Positions 50,100 to 59,700 of a DNA stretch of 64,000 nt are shown piece by piece. Source of the DNA: a virus (Duplodnaviria; Caudoviricetes); the IMG/VR virus record IMGVR_UViG_3300033066_001278, positions 1 to 64,000 of that record; one strand, 5' to 3'. Each line of letters begins with the position of its first letter. Positions within the stretch are counted from its first letter, which is position 1. Both the position numbers and the translations under genes were made by a program. The notes below the pieces were generated by a model that worked only from the letters and a program-made list of their open reading frames with translations, was not told where the DNA came from and did not search any database.

Positions 50100-50137
50100 T
50101 GAATTCCTATACTATATATCGAAAAAACCTTCATTAT

Positions 50138-50569
50138 TTATGTTACCAAATTAAATGATGTAGTTTTTATTTCGAAAGCCTTTGTTAATACTGAAACTAA
50201 TACGATATACAATCTTGGGTCTTGACTATTTCTTCTAATAGACACATCCAAAATAGCGGCAATATGCTCACTTGCTGTAACATTTTGTCTAGAGTAATTA
50301 AGTTGCTCTTGCTGTAATAACATTAAGTTTTCAATAGCATTTTTTAGCTGAGTTGTAGCAATAGTTTCTGTCATTTTAACATCTAACACATTTCCAACAA
50401 CAGAGCGTGATAAATAAGACCCATACCAGGGCTGTAATGAGTTTGAGCCTACATCAGTTAGGCAAACTTTTAAAATATCTTGGATTAGCTTATTAGTATT
50501 TTCTACTAAAACCAATTTCCCATTTTTAATAGTAATTGAACCGTTTTCTAGTTTAAAATCAAAAGACAT
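50138..50569 (-). CDS. Baseplate wedge gp25/W-like protein
   Basis: LIQDILK..LT..GS...PWYGS; size and position immediately upstream of baseplate J. Confidence 0.78.
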   Translation of the reverse strand: MSFDFKLENGSITIKNGKLVLVENTNKLIQDILKVCLTDVGSNSLQPWYGSYLSRSVVGNVLDVKMTETIATTQLKNAIENLMLLQQEQLNYSRQNVTASEHIAAILDVSIRRNSQDPRLYIVLVSVLTKAFEIKTTSFNLVT

Positions 50570-50583
50570 TTTATGTTATGCCT

Positions 50584-52248
50584 TTAAAATAGCTTCTCTC
50601 TATCTTTATAGAACTTATTGGCTAATAATAAGATTTGCCTTAAATACTCTTCATATTTTTTTAAAACTTCATTTGGACTATATTTATCAGGACGAGAAGT
50701 TTGGGCGTTTCTGTCATAAACTTCAGGGCATATAAGTGAAGAATTAGTTTTTAGTCTGTTAAAGCATCTGTCATCTAACATATAAATTAAATAATCTAGA
50801 TCCATTATCCAAAAAGCGGCTATTATTGATATAATATCTATTAAACCAATTCCTATAGACTCTCCTGTAATAACATCATTTTCAAACAATAAAGAATTAG
50901 CATTTTTACCTAAATTTTCTTTACTTTTTAATAAAACAGGTAATTGAGACTCTTGGGTTTTATTTACATTTGTAAATTCATTATAAATAGTAGCATTTCC
51001 ATTAAACGTATATGACCCAATATCTGGGGCTGTATTATTTGATTCTGTAGAACTTTTAATATTTACTAAAATAGAATCTAAGTCTTGATTAATTTTTAAT
51101 TGAATTATGTCTTGCTCTATTTGTTTATTATTTGTACCATTTAATAAGATATTTCTTAAAGTACAGCCATATTCAATGCCATTTTTAGATGGAATAGGTG
51201 CCCAATCTATTTTTTCAAAAATATTTTCTATTTCTTTTTTATTTAAAAATAACTTATTAGCTAATGCATCTAGTATTTTAATAAATTTATTAAAAGATTG
51301 AAGTTCTAATAAGCTTCTTTTGCCAAGTGTAGTTTTAAAATTTAATACAACTTCATTCAATGAATCATCTGCATCTGTTTGAAAGCTAATAAAATCAATG
51401 ATTTCAGTAACAAATGATGAATTATCTACAGTGGTAGAGGCATTATTAGCTGAATCACCGCATCTTAATGAAATTATTTTTTCAATTAAAGGACGTTTTA
51501 AAAATTTGCCAGGTTTAATGGCTGCATCTGTGTTATCTTCCAAAAATGGAGCACATATTGAGTTTTCGCAAGGTGTAACTGTAAGTTCTATTCTTGGATC
51601 TACTATAAGTGGCTTAATACAATGTTTAACTTGAGAAAAATTAATAGTTGGATCTGCGCCAGCCGAATCAGGATATAATTTTTTAAAATTATACACAGTA
51701 GATGTGTCATTTGAGTATGTATTTGATACAGTATTAAATACTCCTTCAGATAAATTTGAAAATATAGTTGGATTTATACCAATCCAAGCTGATCTAGCAA
51801 TTGCATTATTATCTTGTTTAGAAAATACATTTAACATATTTTTAACATATAGCTCTCTTTCATTCATTGCATTATAGGTTGCAATATCAATTGAGTTAGC
51901 AATATTTTCTAAGTTTTTAATTAAATTTTCATCTAAATTTAAAGACTTGTCGTAGCCAGGATTATGAATTAAGTTATTAAAGATAATTGGAAAGCCAATC
52001 ATTCTATAAAAAGCATGACATCTACTCTCTTGTTCATTACGTGGAACAGGTCCATTTGATAATGCAGTTAAGCTATTTGCTTTGGTTATTTTGCCTTTTA
52101 CTAATATCTGGTTTGATATAGGTGAGAAATGACTTCTATACTTATCTATTTCTTTTATATAATTATTGTAAAGTTTAGTAATGTCAATATTAGTGATATC
52201 TTGGTCATCACCAAACACTGATTTGTCTAAAGGAGTTTTTGTAGCCAT
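50584..52248 (-). CDS. Putative virion/baseplate protein
   Basis: ORF track; structural operon context. Confidence 0.6.
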   Translation of the reverse strand: MATKTPLDKSVFGDDQDITNIDITKLYNNYIKEIDKYRSHFSPISNQILVKGKITKANSLTALSNGPVPRNEQESRCHAFYRMIGFPIIFNNLIHNPGYDKSLNLDENLIKNLENIANSIDIATYNAMNERELYVKNMLNVFSKQDNNAIARSAWIGINPTIFSNLSEGVFNTVSNTYSNDTSTVYNFKKLYPDSAGADPTINFSQVKHCIKPLIVDPRIELTVTPCENSICAPFLEDNTDAAIKPGKFLKRPLIEKIISLRCGDSANNASTTVDNSSFVTEIIDFISFQTDADDSLNEVVLNFKTTLGKRSLLELQSFNKFIKILDALANKLFLNKKEIENIFEKIDWAPIPSKNGIEYGCTLRNILLNGTNNKQIEQDIIQLKINQDLDSILVNIKSSTESNNTAPDIGSYTFNGNATIYNEFTNVNKTQESQLPVLLKSKENLGKNANSLLFENDVITGESIGIGLIDIISIIAAFWIMDLDYLIYMLDDRCFNRLKTNSSLICPEVYDRNAQTSRPDKYSPNEVLKKYEEYLRQILLLANKFYKDREKLF

Positions 52249-54353
52249 TATGAAATTACTCCGTTAGATCCAGAGCTGACATCAGTATAATCTCTTCTTG
52301 GTTTACCATCATCTGTAAGCATATCTGAGCCAATGAATTCATATGATAATATTTTTTCTTCAACTGTAATTGCTGAACCAAGATCAGTTGGTATGGTTAA
52401 AGTTGAAATGGTTTTACCATTAACAATTGCTTTGGCTGTACCTTTTCCAGAAACATCACTGCTAATTGGTGAAATAAATTCTCCAGTTTCAAGATTATAA
52501 GTAAAATCTTTAAATGTACCAAAAGTTGCATTCATAGTTATTTTCTTAGCTATCTCAGAAGAGACGGATGCTGGTAAAGATTTTGCTATTTCATTATTAT
52601 TTTTATCTTTTAATATGATTTTAGCTTGAATTTCATTATTCACAAACTGTAATGTTGGAACTAAAGCAAAGGAACTATTATAAGGATCATATGCAGCAAG
52701 TATTGCATCTATTAGAGATAACACTGAAGAATCTTTTAATGTTCCTAAACATGAGCTAATTTCTGCAGAAAAAGTAGCAACACTCTCTACTGATACATTA
52801 GATATAAACTTATTTATTGCAGCGTCTAAACAAATATTGGTTGCATTAATATCTGGAAGCTTAGTTAATAGAGTTTCTAGTATTGGTTGAATGCTAGCTA
52901 AGTTAGCAGAAACAGTCGCATTAATTGTATTTTTATCTATTGCAACATCAGGCATACAGCCAAGTGTAATTAGATCATAATTAAATAATACATCATGGTT
53001 TATTTTTAATGAGTATAAAGAATCTCCATACTCATATCCATCTAGTGGATTTAAAATAATTGGGGGAGTTAAGTCTTGTTCAGGCAAGTGTATTAAAGTA
53101 TTTAATGTAGCTTGTATACCGTCTAACATAACTGGCGTAACTCCATCTTTTTCATATACTAAACCACCAGTGAGATCAAATACGCCAGTTGGTTGACTCA
53201 CTTGTCCATTTTGATAATCTAAATTATAATTTGTTGGAGGATTGGTTACTATACAGTTTTTAATAACAACTTTTCTTGTACCAAGTGTGTCTATACGACT
53301 AAAATCATTTGGATTATAGTTGATACTAATATCAATTGCATATGGTACACTGTTGGCTTTTGATGTTTTATCAAATACAGTGCCATCTGGAAAAAATACT
53401 TTATCGGATCCCTCAGGTAAATCATATGCATGAGTAATATTATAAAAATATTTTTGAATGGTTTGATAGCCATCCCAATATTGCCAACTTTCATTTCTCA
53501 ATGTAGAATATTCTACTGTAATAAATGAAGTTCCTGGAGTGCTAACAGAAGATGTTAGTTTATTTAAGTATTTTAATGTTCCACTTGTACCATTATAGAT
53601 TGTGTTCTTGAGATAAGCTGGACAAACCTCAGCATCACAACAATCAAAGTCATCACCAGTACCAGATTCACATGGTGGGATTCTAAATGATTTTGTTAAT
53701 ATAAAGTTTATTAATTCAAAGATAACAATGAAAGGTGATAATATCAAAAACAAATTTTGAAGATCACAAATTAAATTGCCTATTTTTTTAGTAATAGAAA
53801 GAATAGAGTCTGCATCAGCTTGATCAACAGCTTTAGTTAATAGTTGAACATTTTCTAAAATTGTTGTGATAAAATCAGCTACTTGGGCAATAATATATTC
53901 TATCAAAGCAATTAATAAAAGTAATAATGAAATTATCATTACTAATAAAGCAAACTGTGGAAATAATGCAAGAAAATCAGGTATACAAACTCTAAATAAT
54001 CTTCTTATGGCTTTAACAAGCTTAAATGGATTTTTTAAAGAACATAATACTTCTATTATACACAGAATTATGTTTAATACTGGAAGAAAGAAAGTGTATA
54101 AATATAAAAATGGTGTAAATTTTTCTAATAATGAAATTACTCCATCTAAAAGAGATCTTGAGTATTCAGGACTTAATAGTGGTTTTAATGTGCCAGGTGG
54201 TAACGCTAAAGATAATAGATCAAATATTGATTTTAAATTAGGCATATCGGTACTAGGACCGAAAGGTGGAAATGGTACTTTAGGCGCAACTATCCCGCTT
54301 GGACTTCCAATTGGTGGTGGATTAACTACTGGATCTGTTACGCACGCTGCCAT
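52248..54353 (-). CDS. Putative virion protein with 2-3 hydrophobic helices
   Basis: FLYLYTFFLPVLNIILCIIEVL, FALLVMIISLLLLLIALIEYII, LFLILSPFIVIFELI. Confidence 0.65.
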   Translation of the reverse strand: MAACVTDPVVNPPPIGSPSGIVAPKVPFPPFGPSTDMPNLKSIFDLLSLALPPGTLKPLLSPEYSRSLLDGVISLLEKFTPFLYLYTFFLPVLNIILCIIEVLCSLKNPFKLVKAIRRLFRVCIPDFLALFPQFALLVMIISLLLLLIALIEYIIAQVADFITTILENVQLLTKAVDQADADSILSITKKIGNLICDLQNLFLILSPFIVIFELINFILTKSFRIPPCESGTGDDFDCCDAEVCPAYLKNTIYNGTSGTLKYLNKLTSSVSTPGTSFITVEYSTLRNESWQYWDGYQTIQKYFYNITHAYDLPEGSDKVFFPDGTVFDKTSKANSVPYAIDISINYNPNDFSRIDTLGTRKVVIKNCIVTNPPTNYNLDYQNGQVSQPTGVFDLTGGLVYEKDGVTPVMLDGIQATLNTLIHLPEQDLTPPIILNPLDGYEYGDSLYSLKINHDVLFNYDLITLGCMPDVAIDKNTINATVSANLASIQPILETLLTKLPDINATNICLDAAINKFISNVSVESVATFSAEISSCLGTLKDSSVLSLIDAILAAYDPYNSSFALVPTLQFVNNEIQAKIILKDKNNNEIAKSLPASVSSEIAKKITMNATFGTFKDFTYNLETGEFISPISSDVSGKGTAKAIVNGKTISTLTIPTDLGSAITVEEKILSYEFIGSDMLTDDGKPRRDYTDVSSGSNGVIS

Positions 54354-54357
54354 TTAA

Positions 54358-54711
54358 TTATTCTTCGCCTGGTAGTTTTGTTTCAAAAGTTCCCACAGTC
54401 TCTTCTATATCTAGATTTTTCTTTATTTCATTTTCTATTGTATTAGATAAATATTCAGCCACTTGAGAGATCTTAACAAGATCTGGATTTTCTATATTGT
54501 AGAATGAAATAATATTAGAAGCAAATCTACATACTCCATGATAAATATTTTCTTTCAATTCTTCAGAAGAAAATTCATTATTGTCATAAACAAAAGAATT
54601 ATTATACAAAATACCCTCACCTATTGCAGCTATTTTGGTTAGCCCTAACTCTTTAGCTTCTTCAACTTGAGCTTTTAATCTTTCTTCTGCTATTTTATTA
54701 AGTTTTTTCAT
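54358..54711 (-). CDS. Hypothetical protein
   Basis: ORF track; ATGA overlap with the upstream gene. Confidence 0.65.
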   Translation of the reverse strand: MKKLNKIAEERLKAQVEEAKELGLTKIAAIGEGILYNNSFVYDNNEFSSEELKENIYHGVCRFASNIISFYNIENPDLVKISQVAEYLSNTIENEIKKNLDIEETVGTFETKLPGEE

Positions 54712-56699
54712 ATTGCTCCACCTTTTTTCCTAACAAGTCTTCTATTTAAATATAATTGATCTGATTCTATATTAATATCACCAACAGATCTAAATGTCAT
54801 GCCTTCATTTGCATACATGGTAATTTTCCCAGGAGTAGATACTGTAATTCCTTCATTATCTATTCTAAATACTGAAACCACATTCTTATTTATATTAAAT
54901 ACTTTAAGATCAAAAGCTCCAGCTCTATGAGTGAGATTATCTAAATCTTTAAATCTTGTATCTTCATTTGGGGTTGTGCCACCAATTTCTATATAGAAAT
55001 CACCATCTAATGAAAGCCCTGCCGAGATATTATTTTTATCTCTTCCAATGTTGCCTATCAAGCCACCTTGAGTGTCTAAAACTAATGATTGTCTATTAAC
55101 TGTATTAGCACCAATGTTTAAATCTAAAGATCCATCTAAATTAATAGATCCTGAACGACCGCCAGCATTGGCTGATGCACCAACAGCTTTAATAGAAGAG
55201 GCGATAACATCTTTAATAGATACTATTCTTCCCAATGTAAAAGATGTAGTTGGGATATATTCATCTACATCTAATGTAGATGCTTGAGAAGCTCTAAGTG
55301 TTGATGTAACATTATGATAAGCTGTACCCCAACCTAAATAAGATGATGATAATCTATTTAATGGTGCTTCATTGCTTGAAGAGCTAGAATCAGTTAATTT
55401 AACAACACTAGATACAGAGCTAATTGGCTCTAATAAAATATCAACATTATCTGAGTTAAATACTAAGTCATCTGGATTATTTGATTTTGGATTAGGATAT
55501 ACTGTTGTAAAATTTTCATAGCGAGTTAATAAAGGAACATTTCCTGTTTCACTTGTGGCAGGTATATTAATTTTAAACATACCCTCTTTATCAATATCAA
55601 TAAACATTCTAGATCTATTTCTAGAATAATTATCAGTTGCATTTACATTAGGTGGTCCTTCCGTTGACTTTCTAGCATTAAGTTCCCAGTGTAAAGCTAA
55701 AGATTTTCTTTGTAACTCTCTTATTTTTTTATAAGAACTATTGCTAGAATTAATAGAAGTTTTTATAGTTTTAGCTGATAACTCTTCTGATTGACCAATT
55801 GGTATAATATTTCTATTAATATCTATTAGATTACCATAAATATCTACAACTGTACCAGATATACTTTCAATTAAATAATTAGGTTCCACCAAGCTAAGTG
55901 ATAATGTATCAGCTCTACTTTTACGTCTAGATAAAATATTAGTATCTACATTATTTGATTTATTCTTTTTATAAAGCTCTATTTCATTTAGTTCATTAGA
56001 TACATCATAAGAGTAAGCAAATTCATATGTAAGCTTTCTGTTTTCAACAAATGGTGGATTCTTAACAGAGTTACCAAAATTAGATTGGCTTAAATATGTC
56101 TTGGGATCCATTGAAATAACTTTCAATGTATCATCATACTCATGACTGGTTAGTCTAAGTGATGAAGCCATATTTAAATTCGGTTTGATATCTCTTTTAA
56201 CAACACCAGATATTTCTCTAGAAGACTCTGTAAACTTTAAGCTAGTATCAAATGTATTTGAGGCAAGACCTCTATTAGCATCAAAATTATAATAATCTTC
56301 TTTACTGCCAATAAAAATACCATCAGTTAATGATACTTTAACAACATTATTTTCGCCAGCAGTAATGTAATAATTACCTGAATCAAGATCTTGTAATTTA
56401 GCATTTTTAACACTATAAACAGAAGTATAATTTCTGACCATAGTTGATAAAACATAATAAGACCCACCTTCTGCTTGGAGAATAATTACAGTGGTTCCAA
56501 CTTCAGGAGCGCCACCAGCAAATACTCCATCAGAAGAATAATAAGATACAGGTAATTGGGCTTTTACAGTTTGTTGATCTGCCACTAAAGACGGATTTAA
56601 TGAAACTTCCACAGCATATTCATTAGGAATAACTTTTTTAATTGTTCCTATTGAAAGTAAACCTGGAGTTCCATTTGTGCTGCTTATTTTAGGAGGCAT
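54708..56699 (-). CDS. Baseplate central spike (gp5/gpV/VgrG-like; N-terminal OB fold, C-terminal beta-helix-like)
   Basis: IGTIKKV...VEVSL..QLPV.Y.S..GVF.GG.PEVGT.VII; beta-rich C-terminal repeats; follows the hub gene. Confidence 0.7.
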   Translation of the reverse strand: MPPKISSTNGTPGLLSIGTIKKVIPNEYAVEVSLNPSLVADQQTVKAQLPVSYYSSDGVFAGGAPEVGTTVIILQAEGGSYYVLSTMVRNYTSVYSVKNAKLQDLDSGNYYITAGENNVVKVSLTDGIFIGSKEDYYNFDANRGLASNTFDTSLKFTESSREISGVVKRDIKPNLNMASSLRLTSHEYDDTLKVISMDPKTYLSQSNFGNSVKNPPFVENRKLTYEFAYSYDVSNELNEIELYKKNKSNNVDTNILSRRKSRADTLSLSLVEPNYLIESISGTVVDIYGNLIDINRNIIPIGQSEELSAKTIKTSINSSNSSYKKIRELQRKSLALHWELNARKSTEGPPNVNATDNYSRNRSRMFIDIDKEGMFKINIPATSETGNVPLLTRYENFTTVYPNPKSNNPDDLVFNSDNVDILLEPISSVSSVVKLTDSSSSSNEAPLNRLSSSYLGWGTAYHNVTSTLRASQASTLDVDEYIPTTSFTLGRIVSIKDVIASSIKAVGASANAGGRSGSINLDGSLDLNIGANTVNRQSLVLDTQGGLIGNIGRDKNNISAGLSLDGDFYIEIGGTTPNEDTRFKDLDNLTHRAGAFDLKVFNINKNVVSVFRIDNEGITVSTPGKITMYANEGMTFRSVGDINIESDQLYLNRRLVRKKGGAI

Positions 56700-56701
56700 T
56701 A

Positions 56702-59700
56702 TTAACTCTTTTTAAACACTACCCAACAATCTATAACGTTATTATATATAAATTTATCTACATTTTTTACTTTTTGTGCTGGATTATTAATAAAAGATGA
56801 GTTAATTGTGTCACTATCTGCAACATTTAATCTTGATAGATAAAAAGATTTACCAGAACAGTATCTAATTGGATCTGTTGCAAGGTCTACTTCTACAACA
56901 GAAATTCTAGATGCATCAATTGTTTTTAAATCTTTGAATGCGTCATTGCTTGTTAATGTGATTTTTCTAGTTAACAAATCTTTTACTGTATTAGCTTGGC
57001 TTAATAGTGTAGCATTAGATGATTTATAACTACCATCTTTTGCTTTTGAATTATAATATATTCTTATTTCAACTACAGGATTATAGTTGTCTTGAATTAA
57101 TGATGTGGCATTATTTCCTTGTGATGAAATGGCTTGCAATTGACTAATGTTTGATTCAGCATATTTATTTGAGGTTGAATCAATTATAGAATCTGCGCCA
57201 TAACCATTTCTTGATTGATTATCAGCATTACCAAGAATTACACCAAGATGTGTTTGATTAGTAGTATTATCTTGACGATGATGATAATAATTAGCCATGT
57301 TTTTATTTTTATATAAAATTTTGCCAACTATATCTAATGGTGTAGGAATATATTCTCCTGGATTATGGCCATAACTAAGACTTAATGTTGTAGAAAAGCT
57401 GCCCTCATTTCCGAATGAATGAGATACTTGTTCAACATAAAATAATAAATCTCTGTCTTCTATATATACAACGTCTCCAACTTGCATATATTCACTACCA
57501 GCAATTGATACTTTGCCTTGCAGTATGCTACCTCTAGCAATGTTTAATAACATAACAGCATATGGAGCTAGTTGAGTCTCTGGATTTGTTAAAAATGGAG
57601 CATGAATCGAATTTGGCGATCTAAAACCATACATTTTAAACAAATCATAATCTATTGCTTGAGCGGATGTAATTGCATTACCACCATTTTGAAATGAATT
57701 TAAATCTGATGGCAAATCGCCTTGTGCTATAAATCCATCACCATAAGATCCAGATACTTCTACTGTTGTGAATTGTGGTGGATTTTCTGATAAATCAATA
57801 GATTTAATTTGTACAGGCTTAATAATAAATCTTTGTCCTGAGCCTGGACCAAAATCATCATATGTTTCATCTTCTATCATATGCTCAAAATTTTCTGGAA
57901 TATGAGAGTTATTAGTTAAATTAGGAGCTAATATATTAGTTGCAATATTTGAATTATCTAAATTAAGTCCCTCTTTTAAATTAACTAAAGCTTTAGAAGC
58001 TATTTTTATATTGCGTTGTCTTTCTTCAACAGACTGTTTGATTTTATCTAAAATCCCAAGTAAATCTTTATATGCAACCCTGCCTGTAGCAAGTATTAAA
58101 GTTTGTCCATTTGTGGTAGCATATAAACTTGTTAAATCAATTTTTTGACCTTGATAAGCTGATATTCTATCTTGTAATAATTGTACTCTAGCTGAATTAA
58201 CTCCATTCTGTAATACTTCAACACCAAGAGATTCTTTTCCGCCAGGATTTCCATTATTACCAAATAGGTAATTTTTTCTTTTAACAACGTCAAATAAATT
58301 GTTAACTGAAGCTTGGGTGTTTACTACAGTAGAAACATCACTTATGCTTGCATTAGTTGTTTTAAATAATGTTTTATTTGAAACAGGTATTATTTTATTT
58401 TTAATATCTTGTTTAATATCTGGATTGCTTTCTGTGAATATTTTAAATGATGAATCTCCACCTAATATTCTGCCACTGTTTTCATTTGATAAAAATGAGA
58501 AACCTGCGCCACCACTTACTGATGATTTTAATAACGCTTCACAATCAGAATCAAAAGCTTTTCCTAATAATGCACAATACAATCTAATCAAGTCTTCTGT
58601 AAACTCAATTTGTTTAAATAGTGTATCTAATTGTACAGCATAGAGTTTTTCTAAAAATTCTGGAAATACTTGTATGCCCTTATCTTGTTTTTGTTTTAAC
58701 AAATTAGAGAATACTGAACTGGGGACTTTATTATATTGAGGAGATCTAATTTGTATGTGTCCCTGAGAATCAGCGAATACCTCTAAATTTAATAGCTTAG
58801 CTGTATCTGTAATAAACTGTGATACAGTATTAAATTGACTTTGGAATAGTGAAAATTGATTTTGAAAACTTTTTTCATAAGCCATTAAATCATAGTCTTT
58901 ATCAAAAGAATCGTCTATGATAACAAGATTGATGTCTTCATTTGCTTTAACTTTCCATGATAATCTTTGAGTTAAGAAGTTAACCTTTTTTCTAAGCTCT
59001 TTTCTTAATTGTTTATTTTTTTCTAGAGATGTATTTGTGTTAATATAATTATCAGTATTAACAGAAATATCATCTCCAATTACAGATAAATAATTTTTTG
59101 GATCACTTATGATAGAGTTATAATCATTTTTTTCAATATCTGATATCTCTTTATCCAAATCAGTAATCTTTGATTTTAATTCAGATATTGTTTGAGCTAA
59201 TTTACTCTTAATGGTGCTATTTCCAACTACTGGATTTTGAATATCTTCTAGTGCTAAAACTTTATCGCTAAATTCAGCTCTTTCATTTATTTTTTCTTGA
59301 AGTCTTTTATTAAAATTTAAAGCTGATGTTTGATTAGATATCATTCTAGATACATCTGCTTCATTTATAGATAATTTCTTAAATGGAGTAAAGTTTCCAT
59401 AAAGATAATTTCTCTTTTTTAAATTATTTTCTAACGCTCTATAATAAGAAACTGAAGGATCTTCACCTGTTGTTGCGTCTCTTTTATAAGTATCAAAATT
59501 AATAACAGTTTTATAATAATTTATAAAATTATGTGGCTCACCAGTTATTAATAATGATAATACATCAATAACACTTTGTCCAGCAAATGGATCTTTAGTT
59601 GTTGAAACTGCTGAAGGTGAGGCTTCTAATAATTCTGTTGAATTATTAAATTGAACTAATGTGCCAATACCTTTTTTAAATTTATAAACGAATCCATCTG

